A DNA stretch of 64,000 nt, taken from NCBI GenBank assembly GCA_018780035.1, contig JADMKE010000003.1, forward strand, positions 82,753 to 146,752, in the 5' to 3' direction. The stretch is from Candidatus Sericytochromatia bacterium (GTDB lineage Bacteria > Cyanobacteriota > Sericytochromatia > UBA7694). Each line of letters opens with the position of its first letter. The stretch's first letter is position 1. Both the position numbers and the translations under genes were made by a program. The notes beneath the pieces were generated by a model that worked only from the letters and a program-made list of their open reading frames with translations, did no database searches and was not told the origin of the DNA. Positions 8,596 through 18,736 of this stretch are shown here, piece after piece.

Positions 8596-11070
8596 TCAGA
8601 CCCTCTGCAGATCGGCATAACGTGAGAGCAGGCGTTTGCGTCCGACCTGTTCAAATTCCACTTCCAACATCAGGCCCAATTTGAGGTTGGGTTCCAAATG
8701 GATTATTTCACCTTCGCCGTATTGGGGATTGCGCACGCGCATACCCACTTTAAAGCCCTCGCTTGCCACTTGCTGATTGGGAGGGGAGTGAGGCACTTTC
8801 TTTGGCAATGGCGGTGCGTGCTCACGCAGATCGGCAAAGAGTTCGGGCTGCAAAGGCAGCGATATGGCGCCTTGCCAACGTTTCAATTGGCTGCCATCGA
8901 GGGCCAAAGGGCCCAACAATGCCATTTCCCCAGCGGCATGAAAGAGGCTTGCAATTTTCTGAGCTGCCAATTCGCGTTTTTCTGGCCCCTCCCACCAATG
9001 CAATAAATACCTTTCAAAATGCAGGCGCGAAGCATGCCGGGCCAAAGAGAGCACATCTGAGGTTTTCCAGTCTTGGGGAGCCTGCGAAAGGGCCTGACGC
9101 ACGGCTTGAACCCCTTCGAGGGTCTCATGATAACCCGCTTCGCGCAAAAAACGCGAGACTGGCGAAGAGTTCATAATCAACAGGTGCAATTCTTCACGGG
9201 GACGGGTCACAGCCACATAAAAGAGCCTGCGTTCTTCTTCCAAGCGCGCCTCTCCCCGGCCATAGGGCAAAAAACCCTGATTGCAATGGGGCACAAAAAC
9301 CACTTCCCACTCCAGCCCTTTGGCACGGTAGATCGTCGTCAATACGAGGGTTTCGCGGCTTTGTATTTCTGAGGCCTGGGCCAGATCGTTTAAATAATTT
9401 AAAAATTCTGCGACTGAGCCTTTGCCTCGGGCATAGTCCAACAGGGCTTCGACGGTCGCCGCTTTGGCTTCGCCATTTTCGGGAAAGCCGCTGCTCTTGC
9501 GCAGCCAGGCGCAATAGTCCAGCCGTTGTTCCAAAGCACTTAAGACACTGTCTGCGGGGTCAATTTGAATTTGAATGCCGAGCCAGGTGATTAAATCGGC
9601 CAGTTTTTCGAGGTTACGCGCAATATAGACCCGATCAACCCCTGCTGCGACTGTGTGCAGGACGGTGCTCAATGAGAGGCCAGAAGTGATGCCTTTGAGT
9701 AGATCTTCACTTTGCAAAGCCGAGATATAACGCAAGGGACGATTGATCACCAATTTGAGATCTTGGGCCAGGGTGCGCATTTCTGCGGGGGTCAGTGAGG
9801 CGCCTGCTTGGATCTTTAATTCTTGACGCGCCAAGCGCAAATAGGCCAGTAAAACCTGGACTTCGGCACGTTGAAAAAAGGGTACCGAACCGTCGATTCG
9901 GTAAGGAATACGGGCCTCGTTAAGGGCCTGTTCGATAAACGCTGTTTGGGCGTAGATTCGCAACAGGACAGACATTTGACTCAAACGATAGCCCCGCGCC
10001 TGGGCGGCGATCAATTCAGCCACCAGGGCTTTGGCCAACCCCTCAGCGTCTTCACTGCGGTGGATGCGGGTCAGGCCCGAAAAACCCTGGGTCAATTGCA
10101 GGGCTTTGGGCTCGCGTTTGCTGTTGTGGCAGATCACGGCATTGGCCAGGGCCAAATGGGAGGCGCGGGAGCGAAAATTATCCCGCAGCAGGTATTTGTG
10201 TGCCTGATAGCGCTGGCTGAATTCCAGAATAAAGCGTGGATTGGCCCCCCGCCATTCATAAATGGTCTGATCGTCGTCCCCAATCGCCATATAATTGCGG
10301 TGGGGAGCCACCAGCAAATCGAGCAATTCACTTTGCACGTGGTTAATATCTTGAAACTCATCCACCAAAACGGCCTGGTAGCGGCTCTGCACGCTGCTCA
10401 GTAGCTCAGGGAATTTGTGCATCAGCTCCCAGGCGGTCAGCAACATATCGTCAAAGGTCAAGATCCCCATTTCTTGCCGCACCTTTTCAAAGAGCGCAAA
10501 GAGATCGAGATAAACGGGCCAATCCCCTGGGGGTTCGGCCTCACTTAACAAGGCGCGGGCGGCATCAGGCAAGCCCTTGGGAAAGACCCCTGGATAGCGA
10601 AAATTGCCTTTACACAGGCCAATATAACTGAGAAAATCGGTTTCATCAAAATGGGCAGGCACATCCAGCCGCTCATGTCGGGCCCGAGCCAAAGTGCGGT
10701 GCAAAAGCAGACGTTCGGGGTTATTTCCAGCTTTATTGTCTTGATCTTCTTGCAGGCGCAGATCGTCGATCAATCCTTCACGCACGGCTTTTTGTACCAC
10801 CCGATAGCCCACCGCATGTAACGTGGCCGTATTGACGCCGCGACAGGCTGGCCACGTTTTAAGTGCGTTGCGTAAATCAGCCACTGTGGCCCGGCTAAAC
10901 GAGGTGGCCAAAATGGCAGAGGCGGGAAAAATTTGCTCGCGCACCAAACGTTCGATGCGGTGAACCATGGCTGTTGTCTTGCCAGCCCCAGCCACGGCGA
11001 AAACCAAGGCTGGGCCTTGATTGTGGTTGACGACTGCGCGTTGTTCTTCGGTCAATGGGAGTTCAGACAT
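8596..11070 (-). CDS. UvrD/Rep/PcrA-family ATP-dependent DNA helicase
   Basis: 824 aa. Walker A AGAGKTTAM near the N-terminus, UvrD motif Ia (ILATSFSRAT), DEFQD Walker B, and a UvrD-like C-terminal helicase domain followed by a small C-terminal domain. Confidence 0.85.
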   Translation of the reverse strand: MSELPLTEEQRAVVNHNQGPALVFAVAGAGKTTAMVHRIERLVREQIFPASAILATSFSRATVADLRNALKTWPACRGVNTATLHAVGYRVVQKAVREGLIDDLRLQEDQDNKAGNNPERLLLHRTLARARHERLDVPAHFDETDFLSYIGLCKGNFRYPGVFPKGLPDAARALLSEAEPPGDWPVYLDLFALFEKVRQEMGILTFDDMLLTAWELMHKFPELLSSVQSRYQAVLVDEFQDINHVQSELLDLLVAPHRNYMAIGDDDQTIYEWRGANPRFILEFSQRYQAHKYLLRDNFRSRASHLALANAVICHNSKREPKALQLTQGFSGLTRIHRSEDAEGLAKALVAELIAAQARGYRLSQMSVLLRIYAQTAFIEQALNEARIPYRIDGSVPFFQRAEVQVLLAYLRLARQELKIQAGASLTPAEMRTLAQDLKLVINRPLRYISALQSEDLLKGITSGLSLSTVLHTVAAGVDRVYIARNLEKLADLITWLGIQIQIDPADSVLSALEQRLDYCAWLRKSSGFPENGEAKAATVEALLDYARGKGSVAEFLNYLNDLAQASEIQSRETLVLTTIYRAKGLEWEVVFVPHCNQGFLPYGRGEARLEEERRLFYVAVTRPREELHLLIMNSSPVSRFLREAGYHETLEGVQAVRQALSQAPQDWKTSDVLSLARHASRLHFERYLLHWWEGPEKRELAAQKIASLFHAAGEMALLGPLALDGSQLKRWQGAISLPLQPELFADLREHAPPLPKKVPHSPPNQQVASEGFKVGMRVRNPQYGEGEIIHLEPNLKLGLMLEVEFEQVGRKRLLSRYADLQRV

Positions 11071-11290
11071 ACCCTATTCTAATCTGAACTGAGAGCGGGC
11101 GGTGAAAATGGGGGAAAAGTTGCTAATTAAATATAACAAATTAAGTTAAAAAAATTTTCCTGCTTTAAGTTTTTTTTAAAAAACGCCACAACCCTTTTGC
11201 ATACTTGTTTTGCTTGTTTACGTGTTTCAAAAATAGTCTTTGGTTTTTAAATTAACTCCCCCACTGGACCCATAAATGCAGAAAAATCAC

Positions 11291-11321
11291 TTGCAATTTA
11301 CTTAACAAATTTTGTTATAAT
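11291..11321 (+). promoter_or_regulatory. Putative sigma70-type promoter for the 11399 gene: TTGCAA ... TGtTATAAT (extended -10)
   Basis: TTGCAA at 11291-11296, TG at 11313-11314 and TATAAT at 11316-11321, in an AT-rich divergent intergenic region. The 19-nt spacer is long, but the extended -10 compensates. AGGAG RBS at 11383-11387. Confidence 0.4.
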
Positions 11322-11398
11322 ATTACTCAAGTGGTGGATGGCTGGGTGTAAATCAAATCAAGTCCATTCAAGACAAAAAAAAACAGGAGTTCCAACCT

Positions 11399-12499
11399 AT
11401 GAGAATTGAACAAAATCAGTTTGTGATCCAAGATAGAAGTCAGGTTTCGGGGGGGAACACCAAGCCGGAAGCCCAGAGCCAAGCGACGTCAGCACCGCCT
11501 TCTAATGCCCAGACCTTTGCGGGTAAACAAAATCAATCCCTGAACCAGGCTGAGTCCAACCAAGGGGGCGGAAACAAAGCCACAAGTTTACTCAGTCGTT
11601 TGGCTTCGCTCACTGGGGTCAATCCCATTCCTGTACTCCCGATCAAAGAGACCGAATTTTTCATCAATCCAAATACAAATGACAGCAACAATCACCACGA
11701 CCGATTTGTGCATATCAAAGGTGATGCCATTGATAGCGATGCCGAGCGCGATGATTTGCAAAATGCCTTGAAACAGGCAGAAAAAGAGGGCAATTCGGTG
11801 ATCTTTGTTCAGGGAGATGAAGATCACCCCCAGTATTTTGAAGCCACAAGCAGGGGGCTCGATGGTCAGGCACCGGGTTATATCAGCAACGTTCAATCCC
11901 TGGCAAAAGGTTCGACAGAAACCTTCTCACTCGACAATCTCGAAGCCCAAGTTACCCCCCTTGAAAGGCTGAAGCCCTCTGTTTTAACAACTTTAAAGTC
12001 CCTGGACAGTCGTGCGCATGCGCAATTGGATGCCCTTGGCGATCAAGGTGCTGCCTTTTTGAAGGTGGCTAAAAACAATGAATTGCTCAACATAGCTAAA
12101 AATCTTAATCCCCAACAGATTCAGATCTTGGCCTCGCTGAATGAAGCGCAACTTGAGGCTTTTAGACAAATTCCTGCACCTTCGCGGGCCTTAATTGATC
12201 TCCCTCCCAATGGCGATGGCAGCAGTGCAATTTCGAGCGAAGATTTTGACAAGATGAACAGGATTCCCCCCCAAACATTTGATGCAATGCGAAATCTGTC
12301 TGTCAAAGAATTGGTGGCTTTGCAGGATTTAAAGGGTATTCCACAACAAGCCTTGGCTATTTTAGATTGGGAAAAACCCCAGCTGAATGCAATCCAAAAT
12401 TTAAACCCAGACCAATTGAATCAATTGCAAGACATCATGCCCGAAGAGCTTATCGGCATGAAAACACTGAGAGCGCAGCTCTTGGCGTTTGGTCGTTAG
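11399..12499 (+). CDS. Hypothetical protein with Q/N/S-rich N-terminus and C-terminal helical repeats (NLNPxQ...)
   Basis: 366 aa with no signal peptide. Carries repeats NLNPQQIQILASLNEAQLEAF and NLNPDQLNQLQDIMPEEL. Good RBS. Confidence 0.5.
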   Translation: MRIEQNQFVIQDRSQVSGGNTKPEAQSQATSAPPSNAQTFAGKQNQSLNQAESNQGGGNKATSLLSRLASLTGVNPIPVLPIKETEFFINPNTNDSNNHHDRFVHIKGDAIDSDAERDDLQNALKQAEKEGNSVIFVQGDEDHPQYFEATSRGLDGQAPGYISNVQSLAKGSTETFSLDNLEAQVTPLERLKPSVLTTLKSLDSRAHAQLDALGDQGAAFLKVAKNNELLNIAKNLNPQQIQILASLNEAQLEAFRQIPAPSRALIDLPPNGDGSSAISSEDFDKMNRIPPQTFDAMRNLSVKELVALQDLKGIPQQALAILDWEKPQLNAIQNLNPDQLNQLQDIMPEELIGMKTLRAQLLAFGR

Positions 12500-12520
12500 G
12501 CTCAGGTCAACAAAGAAAAA

Positions 12521-12542
12521 GTCCGGGAGGGAGTTCCCGGAC
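12521..12542 (+). terminator. GC-rich hairpin downstream of the 11399-12499 gene (8-bp stem GTCCGGGA/TCCCGGAC), possible terminator lacking a clear U-tract
   Basis: gtccggga-gggagt-tcccggac lies 22 nt after the stop codon. Confidence 0.3.
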
Positions 12543-12626
12543 CAAGGGGTCATTGAGAATTATTGACAAGTTCAGGTAATCAGGAGTTAATTGCTTAGCT
12601 GTGACTGATCTGATTTTAATACATTA

Positions 12627-12658
12627 AATAATTAATATCAATAGATTTATTAATTATT
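12627..12658. promoter_or_regulatory. AT-rich 11-bp inverted repeat AATAATTAATA-N10-TATTAATTATT, candidate operator upstream of the 12748 gene
   Basis: A perfect palindrome seen directly in the 12500-12747 intergenic region. Confidence 0.3.
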
Positions 12659-12747
12659 CGTGCTGTGGTTCAAACTTTTCAGGTGTTCAATTCTCGCTCA
12701 GAATCTTGTATCCTGACTGCATGAGCCTATAAAAGAAAGTTTGAACC

Positions 12748-13854
12748 ATGTCTGGACTGCAGCAAACCCTCAAGAAATTTAACCTGCCCCGCTACCATCT
12801 GATCTTGCTGGGAGTTGCTGCCGTGCTTTCAGCCCTGCTGCTCTATCTGCCTTTTTTGTTTAAAGATGCCACGGTCTTAACTCGCTTTTGGGACGGCCCC
12901 AATTATATTTACGTGGCCAAGACCCTCTACCAGATTCCAGCCGATCACCCTTTTGTGCCCTACAAAACCACCCCGGCCTATTTTGCTTGCCATTTGCCCT
13001 TTTATCCTTTGGCGATCAAGCTTTTTTCGTTTATGACCTACCCTGTGGCGATGCTCTTTACAACTGTGCTCTTTGCGGTGTTGGCAACGTTGACCTTTTA
13101 CCAATTGCTACGCGAAAGTGGGGCCGTCGCCAACCCCTTTTGGTCGGCTTTGATTTCGCTGTTTTTGCCTGCCCGTTGGCTGATTTATCACAGTGTGGGC
13201 GCGACCGAAGCCCCCTTTTTGTTTTTGATCTGTCTCTCGATGCTGTTTTATTTGCGCAAGCAATACACCTGGGCTTTTTTGCTCGCAGGCTTGGCTGGCA
13301 TTACCCGAATCACAGGTATTTTGCTCGGGCTTGTTTACCTGATTATGTTGATCCGCGACAAAGCCTGGAAACGGATTCCGCTTTTGGTCATTATTGGCCT
13401 GCCACTATTGGCCACTTTTACCTTTTACCACTTTCAATACGGCGATTTTATGGCCTATTTCAGCTGGAACAACAAGCTGATTCACAGCCGTCCCCTGGAT
13501 ATCTTTTTTAATTATGCTGGCAGTGGCAATGCCCACGCCGCAGAACTGTATTTGGGCCTCTATTTGCTCTATGGTCTGGGCGTTCTGATGCTTTGGCGTT
13601 TTCCGCTCTTTTTTACCTATGGCGCGGTTTTTTATGTTTTTAACCTCTTTGTCTTTCACGAAGATCTCAGCCGCTATATGTTGCCTTTGGCACCGTTTGC
13701 CTTGGTGATCGGCTATGACGAAATCATCAAAACCCGCGCGTTTAAAATAGCCAGCCTCGGTTTGATTGCCATGGCGTATGTCTACGCCTGGGGCGTATTG
13801 CCTCATAATCTTGTCGCTGACTGGGTCTACGCCAACTTGATTAAAGTGCTTTAA
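12748..13854 (+). CDS. Polytopic integral membrane protein (GT-C-like / DUF2029-like glycosyltransferase fold?)
   Basis: 368 aa with about 10 predicted TM helices. No catalytic motif recognised with confidence. Confidence 0.4.
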   Translation: MSGLQQTLKKFNLPRYHLILLGVAAVLSALLLYLPFLFKDATVLTRFWDGPNYIYVAKTLYQIPADHPFVPYKTTPAYFACHLPFYPLAIKLFSFMTYPVAMLFTTVLFAVLATLTFYQLLRESGAVANPFWSALISLFLPARWLIYHSVGATEAPFLFLICLSMLFYLRKQYTWAFLLAGLAGITRITGILLGLVYLIMLIRDKAWKRIPLLVIIGLPLLATFTFYHFQYGDFMAYFSWNNKLIHSRPLDIFFNYAGSGNAHAAELYLGLYLLYGLGVLMLWRFPLFFTYGAVFYVFNLFVFHEDLSRYMLPLAPFALVIGYDEIIKTRAFKIASLGLIAMAYVYAWGVLPHNLVADWVYANLIKVL

Positions 13855-13944
13855 ACGACTTTGAGAAAAAAAACTTGTCATTTTAAGTCTCTATAATTTA
13901 ATATTGAAAGATATAAACTTAAAACATTTAAAGGATGACACTTC

Positions 13945-14529
13945 ATGAAATCACTCAAATCGCTCTTTGCTGCTGGTCTGGCCTTCGGCCTGATTGCTAC
14001 CATGCCCGCTCTGGCTGCAGATAAATATGAAATCGATCCGATTCACTCTCACCTCTTGTTTAAAATCAAGCACCTCGGTTTGGGGTATCAATATGGCCGC
14101 TTTAATAAATTCAGCGGCACCGTTGTCGTGGACGAAAAAAATCCCGCCAATAGCAAAGTCGAACTCAAAGCAGAAACCGCCAGTGTGGATACCAACACCC
14201 CCAAACGCGATGACCATCTGCGCAGCCCCGACTTTTTTAACGCCAAACAATTCCCCACTTTGAGCTTTAAAAGCAGCAAAGTCGAAAAAGCCGGCGCCAA
14301 TGCTTATAAAGTGAGCGGTACCTTGACCATGCACGGCGTCAGCAAACCTGTCAGCTTTACGTTTCACAAAACCGGCCAAGGCAAAGGCATGCAAGGTGAA
14401 TTCCGCATGGGCGGCGAAACCACTTTTACAATCAAACGCAGCCAATGGGGCATCACCACTTATATCAAAGAGGGTGGCCTGAGTGACGACGTGACGCTGA
14501 TCCTCAGCTTTGAAGGCATCAAGAAGTAA
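13945..14529 (+). CDS. yceI: YceI-family periplasmic polyisoprenoid-binding protein
   Basis: 194 aa. Signal peptide, then the YceI signature YEIDPIHSHLLFKIKHLGLGYQYGRFNKFSGTV. Confidence 0.85.
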   Translation: MKSLKSLFAAGLAFGLIATMPALAADKYEIDPIHSHLLFKIKHLGLGYQYGRFNKFSGTVVVDEKNPANSKVELKAETASVDTNTPKRDDHLRSPDFFNAKQFPTLSFKSSKVEKAGANAYKVSGTLTMHGVSKPVSFTFHKTGQGKGMQGEFRMGGETTFTIKRSQWGITTYIKEGGLSDDVTLILSFEGIKK

Positions 14530-14547
14530 ACCGAAACCAGTAAACCC

Positions 14548-15438
14548 ATGGCAATTGTGCAGGCCCTGATTTTTTCATTGCTCTTCGCCCTGATGGGGGG
14601 TGGATTCTTGCTGGGCCTGCCGTTGCTTTTGCGGGGGCGTCTGGGAAAACGGGGGGAATATCCCCACTGGTTGATTCCGCCCGCGCTGGCCTTGGGCTTT
14701 GCCCTGGGTTTTTCCCGTTTGTTCGAAATCTGGGCTCCGCCCTTTCCTCCGGTGGACAGCACCACATGGATTTTTTATCTTTTGCCTTTGGGCGCACTTT
14801 GGGGTGGATTTCAAGCTGCAAAAACGCCCCCCCGTTGGTTAAACCTAGCCATGGGTTTGGCTTTGAGCGGCCTGAGCCAAGCATTGGTTTTGAGCCCTTT
14901 GCGTGAAAATGCAGGCCCCACCCCTTGGCTGCTCTGGTCAATGGGTTTGGCTTTGCTCTCAACGGCCCTTTGGACGGGACTGGAGATTCAAGCCCAAACC
15001 GATGGCAGTGTCTGGCAAATTCTGACGGGTACAGGTGTCGCTGCCGCCTTGGGGGCGCTGCTGATGCTGGGCCACAGTGTGGTATTGAGCCAACAGGCCC
15101 TGATCTTGGCGGGGCTCCTGGGGCTGGTTTTTCTTTTGGGCCTGCTGCAAAGGCGCCAACAGGATCTTGGTGATTGGCGTGGGTTCTGGGCTGTGCCCCT
15201 GCTTGGGCTCGGGATGCTCGCCTCGGGTGGCCGCTTCTTTGCCGATCTCTCGCCCGCTGTTTTGCTCTTATTGCCTGCCCTGCTCACACCCCTGCTCTCA
15301 AACAGCCCCTGGCTTGCAGCCAAACCCCTCTGGCTCAAACGGGGCTTGCCGCTGCTGCTGAGCATCTTGCTCTGTGGCCTGGCTGTGGGGGGCGTCTATT
15401 TGAGCCAACCCCCCGACACCTCGGGTGGGTCTTATTAA
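14548..15438 (+). CDS. Hypothetical integral membrane protein
   Basis: 296 aa, rich in Gly/Leu/Ala TM segments. It follows yceI after an 18-nt gap. Confidence 0.45.
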   Translation: MAIVQALIFSLLFALMGGGFLLGLPLLLRGRLGKRGEYPHWLIPPALALGFALGFSRLFEIWAPPFPPVDSTTWIFYLLPLGALWGGFQAAKTPPRWLNLAMGLALSGLSQALVLSPLRENAGPTPWLLWSMGLALLSTALWTGLEIQAQTDGSVWQILTGTGVAAALGALLMLGHSVVLSQQALILAGLLGLVFLLGLLQRRQQDLGDWRGFWAVPLLGLGMLASGGRFFADLSPAVLLLLPALLTPLLSNSPWLAAKPLWLKRGLPLLLSILLCGLAVGGVYLSQPPDTSGGSY

Positions 15439-16484
15439 TACACCCGTTTAAACACCTCACAGACCACAGGCATCTGTGGTTCAAAGGCTATCCCCGTTTC
15501 TTTGAGTTCCCTTTCAAAGAAAGCGATGTGGGCCCTGCGCCAATAGTCCACTGAACCATCTCCCTCGCCTTCGATCGATGCAAATTCCGCTGAGACCTGC
15601 TCAAAGGGCATTATTTCGATGGATTGGGTCTGGATCAGGCATTGGGCCTCACCCAACCCATTCAGAATCAGGCTGTATTCGCCCTCTTTGGGCAGGGGTT
15701 CTGCTCCGGTTTGGTACCAATGGTAAAGGCTGGTGGTGGCACGTTTGATGCCTGTTTTGACCAATTCTGCCAAATGGTCGGCATCGGTGGGATTATCGCA
15801 GAAATGCCACGCTGTATAGGTTTTGGCCGTCAAGCCTGGGCTCTCACCCAAAGAAGCCAGATATTCCCGCCAAAGGGATGTTACCGATGGGTGATATTCA
15901 GGCCCAAGCGGTAAATCTAACTTGTACAAAATTCCCTGTCCACCAGCAAAAGGCATTTCAGCAAAGCCAAAGGCTTTGTCTAAATCTATGCAGGCCAAAT
16001 TTTGAGCCTCGACCCAACAATAGACAGTTTTGCAGGCCTGGGAGCGCAGCCAATTGAGCCGGGCCTGGGTCAGGGCTTTGCCCACGCCCAGACGGCGATA
16101 GCGTTGTGCCACCATCACCCCGTCCAAATACCAGCCCGTGGGTGCCAAGTTGGGAAGATCAGCCGGAGGAGTATCTGAGGAAGTATCTGTGGGCCATTGA
16201 AAATGCCTCAATTTTGCAAAACCGAGCAGTTCATCCTGCCACATGGCCACCCAGAGCAGTGGGAGGTCTAATTTGGCGGCTTCGGCAAAACAGTGCTGAA
16301 GTGCTTGTCGAGACTCTGGCTGAGAAGGCCCTTCTTGTACTGCGGCGATCCGTGTAATTGCCTCTAAATCTGAGGCTTTAGCGGGCCTGGCTTGCAATTC
16401 CAGGCTTAAAACCGCTGGACGGCGGCGCTGGGCGCCAGGGAGATATTCAGCAAAGTGGGCCACAGTTTTTCCTTTGAAGTTCAA
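15435..16484 (-). CDS. GNAT-family N-acetyltransferase fused to a C-terminal ASCH domain
   Basis: 349 aa. GNAT motif A region VAQRYRRLGVGKALTQARL. The C-terminal part reads ILNGLGEAQCLIQTQSIEIMPFEQVSAEFASIEGEGDGSVDYWRRAH, which looks like an ASCH domain. Confidence 0.6.
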   Translation of the reverse strand: MNFKGKTVAHFAEYLPGAQRRRPAVLSLELQARPAKASDLEAITRIAAVQEGPSQPESRQALQHCFAEAAKLDLPLLWVAMWQDELLGFAKLRHFQWPTDTSSDTPPADLPNLAPTGWYLDGVMVAQRYRRLGVGKALTQARLNWLRSQACKTVYCWVEAQNLACIDLDKAFGFAEMPFAGGQGILYKLDLPLGPEYHPSVTSLWREYLASLGESPGLTAKTYTAWHFCDNPTDADHLAELVKTGIKRATTSLYHWYQTGAEPLPKEGEYSLILNGLGEAQCLIQTQSIEIMPFEQVSAEFASIEGEGDGSVDYWRRAHIAFFERELKETGIAFEPQMPVVCEVFKRVY

Positions 16485-16569
16485 ATTCTTCCAGTTATTT
16501 TAGCACCCACTCACGCGCAAAGTGGCCTGTTTTGGTATATTAGAAGCAATCTGATCAGGAGTTTTTTCC

Positions 16570-18711
16570 ATGACGTCATTGCAACACCGTATCAACGCAT
16601 TTGCCCTCCGTCTGCTGCTGAGTACAAGTCTGTGTGTTGGCCTCTCTGCGGGTCTGTCTTTAAGTCTCAGTTCACCCGCTTGGGCCCTTCCGACGGGCCA
16701 ATGGCAAGGTTTTATCCAGGTCCCCGGGCAAAAGCTCGCAGTGCTTGTCAAACTCAATCAAGATGCCCAGGGCCAGTGGAGTGGCAGTATCGATATCCCG
16801 GCCCAAAACGCCAAAGATCTCCCGCTCAAAGCCATTCGCTACGAAAAAAACAAACTGCAGTTTGTGATCAGTGGCGTGCCCGGTGACCCCAGCTTTGAGG
16901 GAGAAGTCAATCCCGAAGAAACCCATTTCAGTGGCCAATTCAGCCAAGCGGGTCAAAAGATGAAATTTGAATTGGAGCGGCCATCTGAGGCCAAAACCGC
17001 CCAGGCCGCAGAAAAAGACAAAATTCAACGCGATAAGGTGCTCAGTACGATCGAAAGCCTGCGCCAAAGCTGGAAAACCCCTGGCCTGGCTGTGGCGATT
17101 GTCAAAGACGACCAAATCTGGTTGGCGAATGGCTTTGGCCTGCGCAGCCTGGAAGAAAAACAGCCAGTAGACGCCGACACCCTCTTTGCGATTGGCTCAT
17201 GTACCAAGGCTTTTACCTCAACCCTGCTGGCGATCTTGGTCGACGAAGGTAAATTGGACTGGGATGCCCCTGTGCGCAACTATTTGCCTAAGTTTCAGCT
17301 CAAAGAGAGCTATGCCACAGAACATATGACCTCCCGTGATTTACTCACCCATGTCTCGGGCTTGCCCCGTCACGATTTGGCCTGGTATGGTACTTCGCTG
17401 ACAGGCCCCGAATTGTTGGCCAAACTCAAATATCTGTCACCCAGTGCAGATTTGAGGGCCCGCTTTCAATACCAAAACCTGATGTATATGAGCGCCGGAT
17501 TGCTGGCTGAAGAAATCACGGGCCAGAGTTGGGAACAATTGATCCAAACCCGCTTTTTTCTTCCCTTGGGCATGAAACGCAGCAATGCCACTTTGACTGA
17601 ATTGCAAACCGATCCCAACCACGCTTTGCCCCACCGCAAAAAGGGCGAGAGTGTCCAGCGTATTCCCTTTCGCTCGGCAGCAGGAGCTGCTCCTGCTGGG
17701 GCCATCAATGCCTCTGTGAATGACATGGCACAGTGGATCCGCCTGAATTTAGCTCAGGGTCGCTTGGATGACAAAACAATGATAAGTGAGCTGGCTTTCA
17801 AAGAAGTACTCAGCCCCCAAGTGGTGATGCAAAGCCGGGGCAGCCAACCCGAAATTCCGTATATGCTCTATGGCATGGGCTGGATGATTCACCCCTATCG
17901 GGGGGTACAGATGATTCAACACGGGGGCAATATTGATGGCTTTTCGGCTCTGGTTTCGCTGATTCCCGAAAAGAAACTGGGCATTGTGATCCTCAGCAAT
18001 AAAGACGGCGATGCCCTGCCCAATTTGCTCAATCTCAGTCTGACTGATTTGCTTTTGGATTTGGAGCCTGTGGATTGGAATGGCCGTCTCAAACAGGGCC
18101 TGGAGCAGGCCGAAAAAATCAGCAAAAGTTCGGATGCCACAATGCGGGTGCCCCATACCCGAACCTCCCACGATTTAACTGATTTTGCAGGTGTCTACAG
18201 CCACCCTGCTTATGGCGATTTGACTATTCGCAAAGAGGGAGCGGGCCTGAAACTCAAGTACCACGACTTTGCGGGTCATTTAGAACATTGGCATTACGAC
18301 AGCTTTGTTTTGCGCCAGAGCGATTCGGTCCTCGATGGCATGCGTCTGCATTTCCAGATCAATGAAGAGGGTGATTTGGAGCGGGTCTCACTCAAATTGG
18401 AACCCTTGGGAGAGGCCATTGTCTTTGCCCGCACAGCCCCAGAGCAAATGAAAAACCCGGACTATCTCAAACGGTACACAGGCCAGTTTGACATGGCGGG
18501 ACTCAAGATCAAAATTGAACTCAAAGGCAATGCCTTGATTGCTCATGCCACGGGGCAACCGCCTTTTGAGTTAATTCCACAAAAATTGCATCAGTTTAAA
18601 CTCAAAGGTTTGGACGGCTATCAAATCCGCTTTGAATTCAAAGGGGAAAAACCCGACAAAGTGGTGTTTATTCAGCCCAATGGCAGCTTCGAAGCCAAGC
18701 CTGAGAAATAG
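16570..18711 (+). CDS. Beta-lactamase-family serine hydrolase (class C / PBP-like) with signal peptide and extra N- and C-terminal domains
   Basis: 713 aa. SxxK active site in FAIGSCTKAFTS, then a YxN-like YQN and HGG. Signal peptide present. Long C-terminal extension. Confidence 0.75.
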   Translation: MTSLQHRINAFALRLLLSTSLCVGLSAGLSLSLSSPAWALPTGQWQGFIQVPGQKLAVLVKLNQDAQGQWSGSIDIPAQNAKDLPLKAIRYEKNKLQFVISGVPGDPSFEGEVNPEETHFSGQFSQAGQKMKFELERPSEAKTAQAAEKDKIQRDKVLSTIESLRQSWKTPGLAVAIVKDDQIWLANGFGLRSLEEKQPVDADTLFAIGSCTKAFTSTLLAILVDEGKLDWDAPVRNYLPKFQLKESYATEHMTSRDLLTHVSGLPRHDLAWYGTSLTGPELLAKLKYLSPSADLRARFQYQNLMYMSAGLLAEEITGQSWEQLIQTRFFLPLGMKRSNATLTELQTDPNHALPHRKKGESVQRIPFRSAAGAAPAGAINASVNDMAQWIRLNLAQGRLDDKTMISELAFKEVLSPQVVMQSRGSQPEIPYMLYGMGWMIHPYRGVQMIQHGGNIDGFSALVSLIPEKKLGIVILSNKDGDALPNLLNLSLTDLLLDLEPVDWNGRLKQGLEQAEKISKSSDATMRVPHTRTSHDLTDFAGVYSHPAYGDLTIRKEGAGLKLKYHDFAGHLEHWHYDSFVLRQSDSVLDGMRLHFQINEEGDLERVSLKLEPLGEAIVFARTAPEQMKNPDYLKRYTGQFDMAGLKIKIELKGNALIAHATGQPPFELIPQKLHQFKLKGLDGYQIRFEFKGEKPDKVVFIQPNGSFEAKPEK

Positions 18712-18736
18712 AACAAGTACTAGAAAGCAGATCGGT

